From the human T2T-CHM13v2.0 reference genome, Homo sapiens, in NCBI RefSeq assembly GCF_009914755.1, contig NC_060929.1: a stretch of 64,000 nucleotides of DNA. One strand, written 5' to 3'. Below are positions 42,542-54,110 of the stretch, in pieces (the stretch's first letter is position 1; the number at the start of each line of letters is the position of its first letter). The position numbers and the translations under genes were made by a program. The notes beneath the pieces were generated by a model that did not search any database, had not been told where the DNA came from, and worked only from the letters and a program-made list of their open reading frames with translations.

Positions 42542-43209
42542 ACTACTTTTCTGAGAACCACACATTCTAGTTTAGGTTGTATTCAATAATAAAACTGTTT
42601 TATTTCTTTACTACCTTTGCAGAAGAGTTTTCTCGATTCTTCTACCCTTTATTGCATATATGTAAGCCTACGAATGAATTTGAAGAGAAACTTTATTGAA
42701 ATTTTATATTGGATTCTAGGCTGTGCTGGTTGGAAGTGTAGTTCTGTCAACTGAATTTTGAGCCAAGTCATGATTAATACAGCATTTGCATCTGGGTTTT
42801 TGTACTAGGTACAGGGAGTGAGAATGGACAGCAGGAAAGTCTTCATTTACTGCAACCTATTGAGTAACTGCATCAGCCAGAATCATTTATTTGAGGCAAA
42901 ATGTCACATTAATTACCTTCTTGTGAAATCTGGGGCTTTGGCTAGCCACTGCCTTATGATATGCCAGAATTTAAGTAGGGAAATTCCCACCCAAGACTCT
43001 AGGAAAATGTCAAAATCAAAGATCAGGTAAAGCTATGAGTACAGTGAGAAAACAAAGTAAACATAAACCAGAGCAAGGGCCACAGAATTGGTAAATTAGA
43101 AGAAACAGGAGATGTGCAAAAAACTAAATGTGAGCATCAAGATATAAAAGCCAAGGGAATAAGTGCAGAAGCTAGCAGATCAAGAGCAAGTCTAAAAAAT
43201 TAAAAAATA

Positions 43210-43446
43210 ATACCTAAAAGAGGTTATCATAAGACTATCATAACAGAAAATATATTTACTATTCAATGAGTGGAATTGGATCACCATAAAGGTCTTAATC
43301 CTCATCCTTTTCATTCTAAGTAGGCTGAGGAGGAGGAGGGAGAAGAGGGGTTGGTCTTGCTGTCTTAGAGGTGGCAGAGGCAGAAGAAAATCCACTTATG
43401 AGTGGGCCCTCGCAGTTCAAACATGTGTTGTTCACGGGGCAGCTAT
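43210..43446. mobile_element. Tigger2a (MER28) fragment
   Basis: 'ggatcaccataaaggtctt...gtaggctgaggaggaggag...gcagttcaaacatgtgttgttca'. Confidence 0.88.
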
Positions 43447-43598
43447 AGACGTAATACACAGAAATACATTGAGTACAACATTACCTAATTCAAAGTGCTC
43501 CAAGAGTATACATTAAAAACATACAAACACAAAACCTCTAAAACTGTTAGGTAAAGAACCATTAGCTAGTCAAAAGAGAAGTTAAAATCTTCATCGAT

Positions 43599-43709
43599 TG
43601 TGGGGGATCAGTCAGAGTGGTGGGAAAAAGTATAGGAAAGGACGCAAACCTTCTGCAAGGTCGGAAGGTTCTTCAGAGCCCCGGGGGAGAATAGCTAAAG
43701 GCAGCTGTT
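43599..43709 (+). mobile_element. LTR22 (HERV-K HML-5) U3 5' fragment, inverted relative to the adjacent provirus
   Basis: 'tgtgggggatcagtcagagtggtgggaaaaa...ggcagctgtt' is a reverse-complement copy of ~44243-44354. Confidence 0.92.
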
Positions 43710-43760
43710 ACAATATTTCTATATATACTGTTGCTGTTGAGCTGATAACTGTTTTCCCAT
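43701..43760 (-). pseudogene. HML-5 gag N-terminus remnant (MGKQLSAQQQQYI*)
   Basis: ATG GGA (myristoylation-type MG start) ~120 nt downstream of the PBS; resembles HML gag MGQQLS... Confidence 0.75.
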
Positions 43761-43879
43761 GATGAAATCCTAAATTTAAAATCCCCTAGAACTTGGAAAT
43801 CCCCTGCAGGCACAAATTACTTACTGCACAGTCACTTCACTTTCGTTTACTAGGATTCCCTCGCGATCCGCAGCAGAGT

Positions 43880-43897
43880 TCCTCACACTGCGCACCA
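43880..43897 (-). promoter_or_regulatory. Primer binding site, tRNA-Met-like (TGGTGCGCAGTGTGAGGA)
   Basis: 2 nt after the LTR end; 16/18 match to the complement of the recalled elongator tRNA-Met 3' end (TGGTGCCCCGTGTGAGGA). Confidence 0.8.
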
Positions 43898-43899
43898 CC

Positions 43900-44354
43900 C
43901 GCGGGGTCTGTCCCACAGACCTTGGCTGATGGATGAAATGAGTACTCAAAGACACAGGTATGCAGCGTAAGAGCAGCTAGGTGACTGCCCCGCTCTAGTG
44001 GCCAGAGAGCAGCCCTGAGAAGCTGGAGCGGCTTGCTTTCATTCAGTGCAGGCACAGTGCCAAAAACCTGGAGCCAACACAACCTGTAGGTAATTAACCT
44101 TTATTGTTCCCTTTCAGGGAATGTCATGCGTGCTGATGACCAAAAGTCAGTTCCGGGTCAAGATAAGTAAACAAGCCTGTTTAAGATAAATTCCTCCACA
44201 CTGTTTTGTACCTACTCCTTGCCCTCTGCCTCAGGGTTGTAGAACAACCACCTACAGCTATTCTACCCTGGGGCTCTGCAGAACCTTCTGACCATTCAGA
44301 AGGTTTGCTTCCTTTCCCTATAGTTTTTCCCACCACTCTGACCGATCCCCTACA
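43900..44354 (-). mobile_element. Complete LTR22 (HML-5) 5' LTR
   Basis: Minus strand begins TGTAGGGGATCGGTCAGAGTGGTGGG and ends GTGGGACAGACCCCGCG, followed by the PBS. Confidence 0.93.
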
Positions 44355-45376
44355 ATTGATTTTTCTGAATGAGTATCCGTGATTCATTATTAGCAGGAAA
44401 AATGTATGTTAGAGGATAATTTTATTCCATGATGTGTGCTCTGACTTTCTGGCACATATGTGTCTGAATATTTATCTTCCTGCTTGTAAATGTGTGTGTG
44501 TGTGTGTGTATATATATACACATATATATGAATATAAACGTGATTTTATCTTACTTGCAGATGTAGAAGTTAATTTCTAAATTGATCAAATGCATAGAAA
44601 GATGAAACATGCTCTAGTTTGAAATAGACACGGTTTTGATTTTTGCTGGTCTTCACTTCCCTGCAGAGAATTTTTTAAATAGTTTCTAAGGAAGATAATA
44701 ATGCAGTATCCCTGAGTGACTGTCTCATCTTGAGACAGCACAAATTATAGTTTCTAAATCATAATGAATTCGAATTAAATTTTGGCACAGTAATGAGGTT
44801 ACACCATTTCATGCTTTGTCCTTGCTTCAGTCTTTGTTTTGAAAAGAAAGTGTAAGATTGTTAACAGCTGATATTGTCAAAGCAGATAATGGTAATACAG
44901 ACATCTTTTCTGAGAGATTTTGACAGAATGCATACCATGGAAACAATCTCTCAGCAACAAAATTGTTCAAATTGGGAAATAATGCCCAGGTCTACTTATC
45001 CTTTTTACTTACACTTTTGTGATTTTCTTTAAGCTACTCTAATTTCCCTGTTAAGAAAACTCCAAGGATAAAAATATAGACTGCATTAATACTGTTTCTA
45101 TTTGAATTAGAAAATCAAAGCAGAGAATCATGGCTTGAAGCTTCCCTTAGATATAATCAAAAGTAGCACATTCATTTTAAATAGGAGAAAACCAAGATTC
45201 AGGATGCCAATGTGCATTGCCCAGGGCCATTTAGCTACTGACTGGCAGAGACTCCAGGGAAATAGAATTATCCTTGTTCTTTGTCAGGGGCTATCTTACT
45301 TAACTGGTAACAAATGTAGAACATAAATGGAAGAACTCATCGGCATTATTAGGAATGAAATATACTTTACACAACA

Positions 45377-45684
45377 TTTATTTATTTATTTATTTATTTA
45401 TGAGATGGAGTCTCACTCTGACGCCCAGGCTGGAGTGCAGTGGTGTGATCTCTACTCACTGCAAACTCCACCTCCAGGTTCAAGTGATTTTCCTGCTTCA
45501 GCCTCCTGAGTAGTTGGGATTACAGGCACACACCACCATGTCCAGCTTATTTATTGTATTTTTAGTAGAGACAGGGTTTCACCATGTTGGCCAGGCTGTT
45601 CTCAAACTCCTGACCTCAGGTGATTCACCCACTTCAGCCTCCCAAAGTGCTGGGATTACAGGTGTGAGCCACTGTGCCCCAGCC
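45377..45684 (-). mobile_element. AluSx-like
   Basis: 'ctcctgacctcaggtgat'; (TTTA)n tail. Confidence 0.95.
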
Positions 45685-45970
45685 TAGTTTTAAGAAAAAT
45701 TTGATCATAGAAAATACTTTCTTTATATTCCTTTCTATTAATATTATGTGTGAAACTCATATTGATTAAGAGTATATAGAATTTAAACATTATAGTAAAT
45801 AATGTTTCATTAAATAAGCCCTCAATGAAAAGCCCTCATTAAATATCACACAATATATTTTCTTATTTTAAGACCATCCAGAAAATGATTACATATAAGA
45901 AATTGCTTACAATTGTAAAAGAGTCTTATTTCAAATTATACCATGAAAACCAAAGACTTTGAATAATGAT

Positions 45971-46183
45971 ATTTTATTTGTACAAATTTAAAGGGTACAA
46001 GTGCAATTTTTTTAGATAGTTATATTCTATAGTGGTGAAGACCGGGGTTTTAGTGTATCCATCACTCAAATAATGTACATTGTACCCATTAAGTGATTTC
46101 TCATTTTCTACTGCCCTCTCATACCCTTACCTTTCCAAGTATTCACTATCTAATTTTTCATTCTCTATGTCCATGTGTACACA
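45971..46183 (-). mobile_element. L1PB3/4-type 3' fragment
   Basis: 'gtacaagtgcaa...agtggtgaag...gtacattgtacccattaag'; TSD tgaataatgat at 45960-45970 and 46184-46194. Confidence 0.85.
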
Positions 46184-46587
46184 TGAATAATGATTTATGA
46201 ATAATTATTCAAAATATAAATGCTTCCTCTATTCTATAAGTAGATATATCATCCACATAAATGTATTTGATTTTAATTTATTTCATTTTGTTTACATAGC
46301 ATGTATTTTCTTATATGAGCAGCTGCAATCTGTTTAAAGATAAAAAAAATCCAGAATGCTCCTTTAGTTGTGCAATTCTCAACAATTAGTTCCAGTGTTG
46401 CCTCTGGCACTTTGGATGTAAAAATATAAAGAAAGACAGCAAAAGAAAATATGCTTTAGTTAGTTTAAAACCAGAATGCTTCCATACATTTATAATAGCC
46501 ATGTCTTTGGGAAATTATAATATAGTCTATCAAGTCAACACATTAGTATTGCAGCCAATACATTCGTATTTCCATGTGCTTTTGCTT

Positions 46588-47640
46588 AGTCATTCTTTCA
46601 ACAAGTGTTTAATGAAGACATTTTATGTGCTAGGTTCTATGCACATTGGTGGAATGATGGTGAACAAAACCACACAAGATTGTTAACAACCCAAAGCTTC
46701 ATTCTAATGAAATAGACATTAACCAATCAAATAATCACAAAAACATGCAAGTACATATAAAAATGTCATAGCTCTGATGAAACAGTACATGATGTAGCCT
46801 TGAAAGGGTGCAAGAGGAGGACTTTATCCTTTCAAACAGGTCAAGGAAATCTCCCCGGAAAATGTGAAATTTAACTTAATATTAGAAGATTACAATTTAA
46901 CAAAGTAGAAGGATGTGTGAGGAGGCAAAGTGAATAATGTCCCAGGATATGGAGATAATGAAAGTAATTTTGGACGGAAATGTCACGTTTGCGGTAAAAG
47001 GACAGAATAACTGATGTCTGGAGAGAATGGGAAGGGCATTGTAAGGCAAAGCTGGAGAGGCCTATGAGGGCAGACCTTCTATGTTCTGTTGATTAGCTTA
47101 AGGGAAATGGGACTCTAGATCTCTTATTTTATATTAATCAAGACAATAAAAATATTAAATAATTTCCCCAAAAATGTAAAAAAAAAAGAAATGGGAATAC
47201 ATTGATTTGTGTTTTTAATTTTATTTTTAAACATACAGAGTAACATAAATAGGAGCTGAACTTCGTAAAAATATTGCTGAATGCAGAATAAATAAAACGG
47301 TTTGAAGGGGGCCAAAGTTAATTATGTGTCTAGATCTTAGAGTGAAAATGTAGTCTTGCTTGTGAAAATAGACGATTTTAAACAAAATTTAAGAGAAAAA
47401 TAATTGACAGGACGTGATGAGGGATTGGATCATGAAGACTGCAGGGATGTGATAGCATGGTTTCCTGCTTGTATAATTGGGTGGAATCAGTTGTTATTCA
47501 CTGGGACAGGCAATGCCAGAAAATAACCACTTATGAGGGTGGAAATATCATAAGTTCATTTGGTTTTATTTGGGCTAATCTACCCTATAGTCTGCCAGGA
47601 GTGATTCAAGTAGCCATCTTTGTTATAGATCTGGAGCTGA
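46588..47640 (-). mobile_element. L2a LINE
   Basis: Antisense L2 3' end 'cattctttcaacaagtgtttaatg...tatgtgctagg...ggtgaacaaaac' continuing into the L2 body. Confidence 0.75.
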
Positions 47641-47954
<314 letters not shown>

Positions 47955-49183
47955 AAGAGTATTTTAAATGAAAGAGTTATATATGGAAGCTGTTCTGACT
48001 AGAGGTAACTGTTTTGTAAGAAGTAACTTTGTCTGACAATGTAGAACTGTCATTAAAATCATGTTCATCTAAAGCTAATTTAATGCAATCACATCCTAAA
48101 ATCCACTCACAAATATGACTTTTATGCAAATAAGTAAAACCTTCTTTATTCTGAAATTAGTGCTGATCTTCAATTTACTACTTACGGACATACTGAAATT
48201 TGAACTACAGTCTAATTGCAACAAATAGCATTATCTGAATAGCAATTTTTCTTTATATATGGATTCAAATATATGCCAAAATAGAGTTCATCACCCAAGA
48301 CAAGTACATTTGACTGATTTGCCTGAGTAGTGAAGACACTGGTATCAAAAGCACTAAAATGTATTTTAATTACTCTCGATGGATTGTTGAAGACATTGTT
48401 GCTTATATTCTAGATTTCTGAAACTATCAGTAGTGTAATTTGGGATGTTTCTTAGTTATCGTGCTGTGGGAATCACCTTATATGTGAACCTTATGAAAAA
48501 GGCTTCAAATGTTATCTCTTAACTAAGGCTTCATCATTATATATGGTATCGTTTGTTCTTTCAATTTAACATGTAGAAAGAGATTATATGATAAGCACCA
48601 GGCATACCACGAATAATAAGACAAAAGTTCTTACCTTTGAGTCACTTACAGTCACTCAGAGTGAGACTATAAATTTGAAGTGCTAGAAAGTGTTATGGGA
48701 GGAACACAGGATTCAGGGTCAAGTAATAACCCAGAGGAAAGGGTGGTCAATTTTACTTGGAGGTGAAGCTTAAAGTCTTGAAAGAGTAAAAAGGAAAGTG
48801 TTCTTTCTTCAGATAGGATTAAGATTAAGTACAGTTGATGGCAGAGATGCATTTTCTTAGAGACCTATGTCACATCTTCTCCTCTTTTCTAAATCACCTA
48901 CAACTTTCTTTTACTGCCTTATTCCAAAATAGCTTTCTTCACTAAGAAAATGGAAAGAATGAGAGGAAAATTTCTACCATCAAGTCTATTAAATCTCACT
49001 GAATCCATGTTCTTTGTCTTCCTTTCCACCACAATGAATACACTGTTTGCTTTCTTATTTAAGGCAAAAATATCCACTGGTACGCTGTATCCCTTCCCTT
49101 TTCCACCATCACTTCATGAACTGTCCTGTCTTCTCCCTTCCTCCCTTCCATCCTTCCTGACTTCCTTCCTTCCTCCCTTCCTA

Positions 49184-49757
49184 TGAAGCTGGCTGGGCTT
49201 CTGGGACGGATGGGGACTTGGAGAACTTTTCTGTCTAGCTAAAGGACTGTAAACACACCAATCAGCGCTCTGTGTCTAGCTAAAGGTTTGTCAATGCACC
49301 GATCAGCACTCTGTAAAAACGGACCAGTCAGCATTCTGTAAAATGGACCAATCAGCACTCTGTCAAATGGACCAATCAGCAGGACATGGGTGGGGCCAAA
49401 TAAGGGAATAAAAGCTGGCCACCCGAGCCAGCCTCGACAACCTGCTGGGGTCCCCTTCCATGCTGTGGAAGCTTTATTCTTTCGCTCTTCACAATAAATC
49501 TTACTGCTGCTCACTCTTTGGGTCTCCGCTACCTTTATGAACTGTAACACTCACTGCGAAGGTTACGGCTTCACTCGTAAAGACAGCGAGACCAAGAACC
49601 CACCAGAAGGAAGAAACTCCGCACACATCTGAATATCTGAAGGAACAAACTCTGGACACACCATCTTTAAGAACTGTAACACTCACTGTGAGGGTCCGCA
49701 GCTTCATTGTTGAAGTCAGCGAGCCCAAGAACCCACCGGAAGGAATAAATTCTGGAC
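49184..49757 (+). mobile_element. LTR12F-type (ERV9) solo LTR with trimmed termini
   Basis: 'ggggacttggagaacttttctgtctagctaaagg', tandem ccaatcagc repeats, and 'ctgtaacactcactg...aagaacccacc' U5 repeats. Confidence 0.95.
49258..49413 (+). promoter_or_regulatory. LTR12 U3 promoter: CCAAT (NF-Y) boxes at 49258, 49348 and 49372, GC/GT box, AATAAAA TATA-like box at 49407
   Basis: Motifs read directly; matches the known ERV9 LTR promoter layout; activity untested. Confidence 0.65.
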
Positions 49758-49790
49758 TCCCTCCCTCCCTTTCTTCCTTCCTTCCTTCCG

Positions 49791-50086
49791 TTTTTTTTTT
49801 TTTTTTTTTGACGGAGTCTCACCCTGTCACCCAGGCTGCAGTGCAATGGCATGATCTCGGCTCACTGCAACCTCTGCCTCACAGATTCAAGGGATTCTCC
49901 TGCCTCAGCCTTCTGAGTAGCTGAGATTACGGCATGAGCTACCACGCCCAGATAAGTTTTGTATTTTTAGTAGAGACGGGGGTTTCATCATTTTCTCCAG
50001 GCTGGTCTCGAAATCCTGACCTTGTGATCTGGCCACCTCGGCCTCCCAAATTGCTGGAATTACAGGCATGAGCCACTGTGCCCAGA
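49791..50086 (-). mobile_element. AluSg-like SINE whose tail extends as (CTTC)n to ~49132
   Basis: 'cctgaccttgtgatc' with 'ctggtctcgaa'; TSD actgtcc(t/a)gtct at 49120-49131 and 50089-50100. Confidence 0.93.
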
Positions 50087-50100
50087 TGACTGTCCAGTCT

Positions 50101-50748
50101 ATTTGCCCTACCAGTCCGTTTTCTATTGAGTCATTTGCATCAACATAAACACTGGTTTTAGTATTTCCCACCTTCAAGAACTCTTTTTAGATTCCAAACT
50201 CCTACCAATTAGTATAAACTTCATTAGCTCCTCACATAGAAGAAATAATTTTAATAAGTGCTGGTTTCCTTCTCTCTTTGTCCTTTGCGCACACTTCAGT
50301 AGTGATTAAATTCCCACTACTCCATTGACACAACTCGTGTCAGAATTACTAATGGGTTCCAGATGACAAATCCAATGGAAAGCGTAAGACCTCCTCGTCT
50401 GTCTCAAGCATCAGTAGCGTTTGACAAAAATAATTATCTGATTAAGTCTCTTGAATTTTAAAATAATTTATATATTGATGAGATTCAAATTTATGTCTCA
50501 AGTATAGATCTTACTCCTTAACTCCAGAAAAGTACTTTCTCAATTACACTTCAAACCTAATGTGAACAAAAAAACTGTTTGTAAACCCCTATCAAAACTA
50601 AACCTTCTGCAGTACACCAACCTCAGTGAAAAGACATTTCTATTATTTCACTTGCTCAGAACAAATCTAAGGAATCATCTTTGAAACTTCATCATATCTC
50701 ATATTCAATACATTGAAAATACCATTGTTTGTTCCACTAAAATTTATC

Positions 50749-50784
<36 letters not shown>

Positions 50785-50820
50785 GCTACTCACCGTTTCC
50801 ACTGCAGCCATCCGTGTCTG
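50101..50820 (+). mobile_element. L2 body fragment (left part at ~49050-49120)
   Basis: 'tcatttgcatcaacataaaca','acaaatccaatgg','cagtagcgtttgaca','aaggaatcatctttga'. Confidence 0.65.
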
Positions 50821-51117
50821 TGACACCAAGTTTGGTTCTTTATAAACATGTCACATCATATCATCCAAGTGTGTTTAGAAGAATGCAAACGTTAAACTGA
50901 CTCCAGAATATAGTTAGGATGTGTTTGTGTTTTAGTCATTTTGGAAGGCATAACAGAATACCATAAACTAGATAGTTTAAACAATATATTTTTTTTTTTC
51001 TCACGAGTTCTGGTTGCTGGGAATTCCAAGACAAAAGTGCTGGTAGATCTGCTGTCTGGTGAAGGCAATCTTCTGATTTGCAGCTGGCCATTATCTTGCG
51101 TTGTCCTCACATCATGG

Positions 51118-51149
<32 letters not shown>

Positions 51150-51152
<3 letters not shown>

Positions 51153-53574
51153 ACTCCACTTTGCATAGCTATAAAAATACCTGAGCCTGGGCTGTGTATA
51201 AAGAAAATAGATTTATTTTGCTTATGGTTCTGACAACTGTACAAGAAATATGGTGCCAGCATCTCCTGCTGGTGAAGCCTCAGGAAGTATATAATCATGG
51301 CAGAAAGCAAAGGCGGAGCAGGCATGCTTTTAACATCTAAGATTCAATGGCAGTAAAAGCATTGTGTAGAAATTCCCATTCCATACTACTCAGTCATAAA
51401 AAATAATGAAATAATGTCTTTTGCAGCAAGGGATGGATTTGGAGGCCATAATTCTAAGTGAAATAACTCAGGAATAAAACTGAATACTATATGTTTTCAC
51501 CTACAAGCTATGGGTAGGCAACGGCATACATACAAAGTGGCATAATGTACATTGGAAACTCAGAAGTAGGGAGGATTGCGGGGGATTAGGGAAAAAAAAA
51601 AACTACATATTGGGTACCACATATACTACTTGGGTGACAGGTGCACTAAAATCTCAGACTTTACCACTATACAATTCATCCATGTTACCAAAGTCCACTT
51701 GACCTTCAAAACTATTGTAATAAAAATATATATCAAAAAAGGAAAATAAAATAATGATGATGAAAAAAGAGAAATTACATTTTCAAAAGGTAGAAATTGG
51801 CCTAAAGAAAGGGACAACAGACCCCATGCAAGTCTAAAACTCAGCAGGGCAGACATTACATATTAAAGCTCCAAAATAATCTCCCTTGACTGCATGCCCC
51901 ACATGCTGGTGTAACGAGTAGGCTTCCAAAGAATTGGGCAGCCCCATTGTTATGGCTTTGCTGAGTATAGCTCATGTGACTGCTCTCATGGTTTGGGTTT
52001 GAATGCCTATGGCTTTTTCAGGCTGAAGGAGCACACTGATGGTGTTTCTACTATTCTGGGGTCTGGAGGTAGGTGGTCCCCTTCCCATAGCTCCACTAGG
52101 CAATGCCCTGCTGGGGACTTTGTATGAGGGCTCCAACTCCACATTTCCCCTTGGCATTGATATAGCAGAGTATCTCTGTGGGGGCTCCCCTGCCTAAGCA
52201 CCCAGGCTTTCCCATACATCCTCTGAAATCTAGCTGAGAGCTGCAAAGCCTCCTTTATTCTTGCATTCTGTGTGCCTGCAGGATCTATACTACATGGAAA
52301 CTGTCAAGACTTATGCCCTCCAAAACAGTGACCTGAGTTATACCTAGGGCCCTTTGAGCTAAGGGTGGAGGCAGAGTGGTGGGTGGGATGCGGGAAGCAG
52401 TGTTCTGAGGCAACACAGGGCAGTGGCACCCCAGGCCTGGCACCTGAAGCCAGTCTGTTCTTTTAGGCCTCTGGGCCTCTGATGAGAGGGATGGCCTCAA
52501 ATATTCCTAAAATAACTTTGAGTCCTTTTTCTCATTGTCTTGAATATTAGCACTTGGCTGCCTTTTAGTTAAGCTAATCTCTTTAGAAAGTAGTGGCTCC
52601 ATAGGCTGTTTGGATTCTTCTCCTGAAAATGCTCTTTCCTTCTCAACCACATGGCCAGCCTGTAAATTTTCCAAATTTTTATGCTTTGCTTTTCTTTCAA
52701 TTACAAGTTTCAATTTTAAGTCATTTTTTGCTCCCATATCTGTTCATAGACTGCCAGACCATTTTTTATCACTTTGCTGCTTAGAATTTTCTTCCACTAG
52801 ATACTCCAAGTCATCACTGTTAAGTTCAGGCTTCCAAGAAGTCATCAAGTATGTACATAATACAGCCAAGTTCTTTACTAAGGTGTAACAGGGTGACCTT
52901 TACTCTATTTCCAAAAAAAAAAAAAAAAATTCCTTATTTCTATCTGAGACTTCACCATCCTGGACTTCATTATGAATATATATATCAGCATTTTTGTTAC
53001 AATTACTTAACCATTCTCTAAGAAGTTACAACTTTCCTTTATCTTTCTGCTTTCTTCTGAGCCATCCAAACTTCTCCAACCTCTGTCCATTAGCTAGGTC
53101 CATAGCAACTTCCACAATTTTAGGCACCCCACTCCTGGTACCAACTGCTTGTATTTGTATTAGTCTGGTTTGCATTGCTATAAAGAAACACCTGAGATGG
53201 GATAATTTACAAAGAAAACAAGTTTATTTTGCTTATGATTCTGACAACTGTACAAGAAGCATGTTGCCCACATCTGTTTCTGATGAGGCCTCAGGGAGCT
53301 TACAATCATGGAAGAAGGCAAACAGGGAGCAGGTGTGTCAGATGGTAAATGAGGGATCAACAGAGGGGGAGAAAGTGCCAAGCTCTTTTTAACAATCAGA
53401 TCTTATGTAAACAAATAGAGGGAGAACTCCCTTATTACCATGGGGAGGGCAGGAAGCGAGTCCTAAGAAATCTGTTGCTGTAATCCAAACACTTCCCACT
53501 ATGCCCCTCCTCCAACATTGGTGGGCTCAAATTCCAACATGAAACTAAGAAGGGCAAATATGTAAACTAGATCT
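51150..53574 (-). mobile_element. MSTB provirus: deleted 3' LTR (~51150-51335), MST-int, 5' LTR (53156-53574)
   Basis: MaLR internal 'cttaaagctccaaaataatctcc'-like and 'ggggtctggagg...ctccactaggcaatgccc'; both LTRs share 'tttattttgcttatg.ttctgacaactgtacaagaa'. Confidence 0.9.
51384..51769 (+). mobile_element. L1PB-type 3' end inserted in MST-int
   Basis: 'gggtgacaggtgcactaaaatctcagac...ccactatacaattcatccatg'; degenerate TSD agaaattcccattcca / agaaattacattttca. Confidence 0.88.
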
Positions 53575-53954
53575 CTCTTGCTCTCTCTCTGTCTTTCTCT
53601 CTCTCTCACTCTCTGTGTGTATGTGTGTGTGTGTGAAAGAGAGAGAGAGAACATAGGACATGCAGGTTCTTTCCTTTCTTTCCTTATTCCATTATGGGCC
53701 CTTATTCGATTATGAGGGCTAAACTTTAATGACATAATTACCTCTCAAAGATCCCATCTCCAACTTCAAGTTCCATTACATTGGAGATCAGGCTTTAATA
53801 TATGAATCGTGCGGGGATATAAGCATTCCATCTATAGCAGTTTGTATAGGAAAAAAAAATGGCTAATTATTGTTTTTCCCCTAGTGAACTATTGCAATTT
53901 CTTTACATTCTTCTGTAAAATCTCAAGGTTCTATTTTATTCAATATTTTCTGAT

Positions 53955-54110
53955 ATAAATAAATAATTATATGAGCCTATCATGTGTTTGGCATCACATC
54001 AAGTAATAGGTATACAAAATGAATGAAAAAGACAAGATATAATTGACTACAGAGAACAACATCATTTAATTTCTACATAGAAAAACAAGTGCTATGATTG
54101 GAGGGCATAG
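53955..54110 (-). mobile_element. L2 3' fragment
   Basis: 'aaataattatatgagcctatcatgtg...tatacaaaatgaatgaaaaagacaa'. Confidence 0.6.

Larger units (their letters stand above)
50928..53839 (-). mobile_element. MLT1A LTR split by an MSTB provirus (MLT1A parts 50928-51120 and ~53650-53839)
   Basis: The two halves are collinear; perfect TSD gtttg at 50923-50927 and 53840-53844. Confidence 0.85.

Noticed and set aside
43560-44400. Explaining the LTR22 inverted ends as a genomic inverted duplication
   Set aside because: Inverted homology stops at the 6-bp palindromic flank and does not extend into host DNA, so this is disfavoured, though not excluded without orthologues
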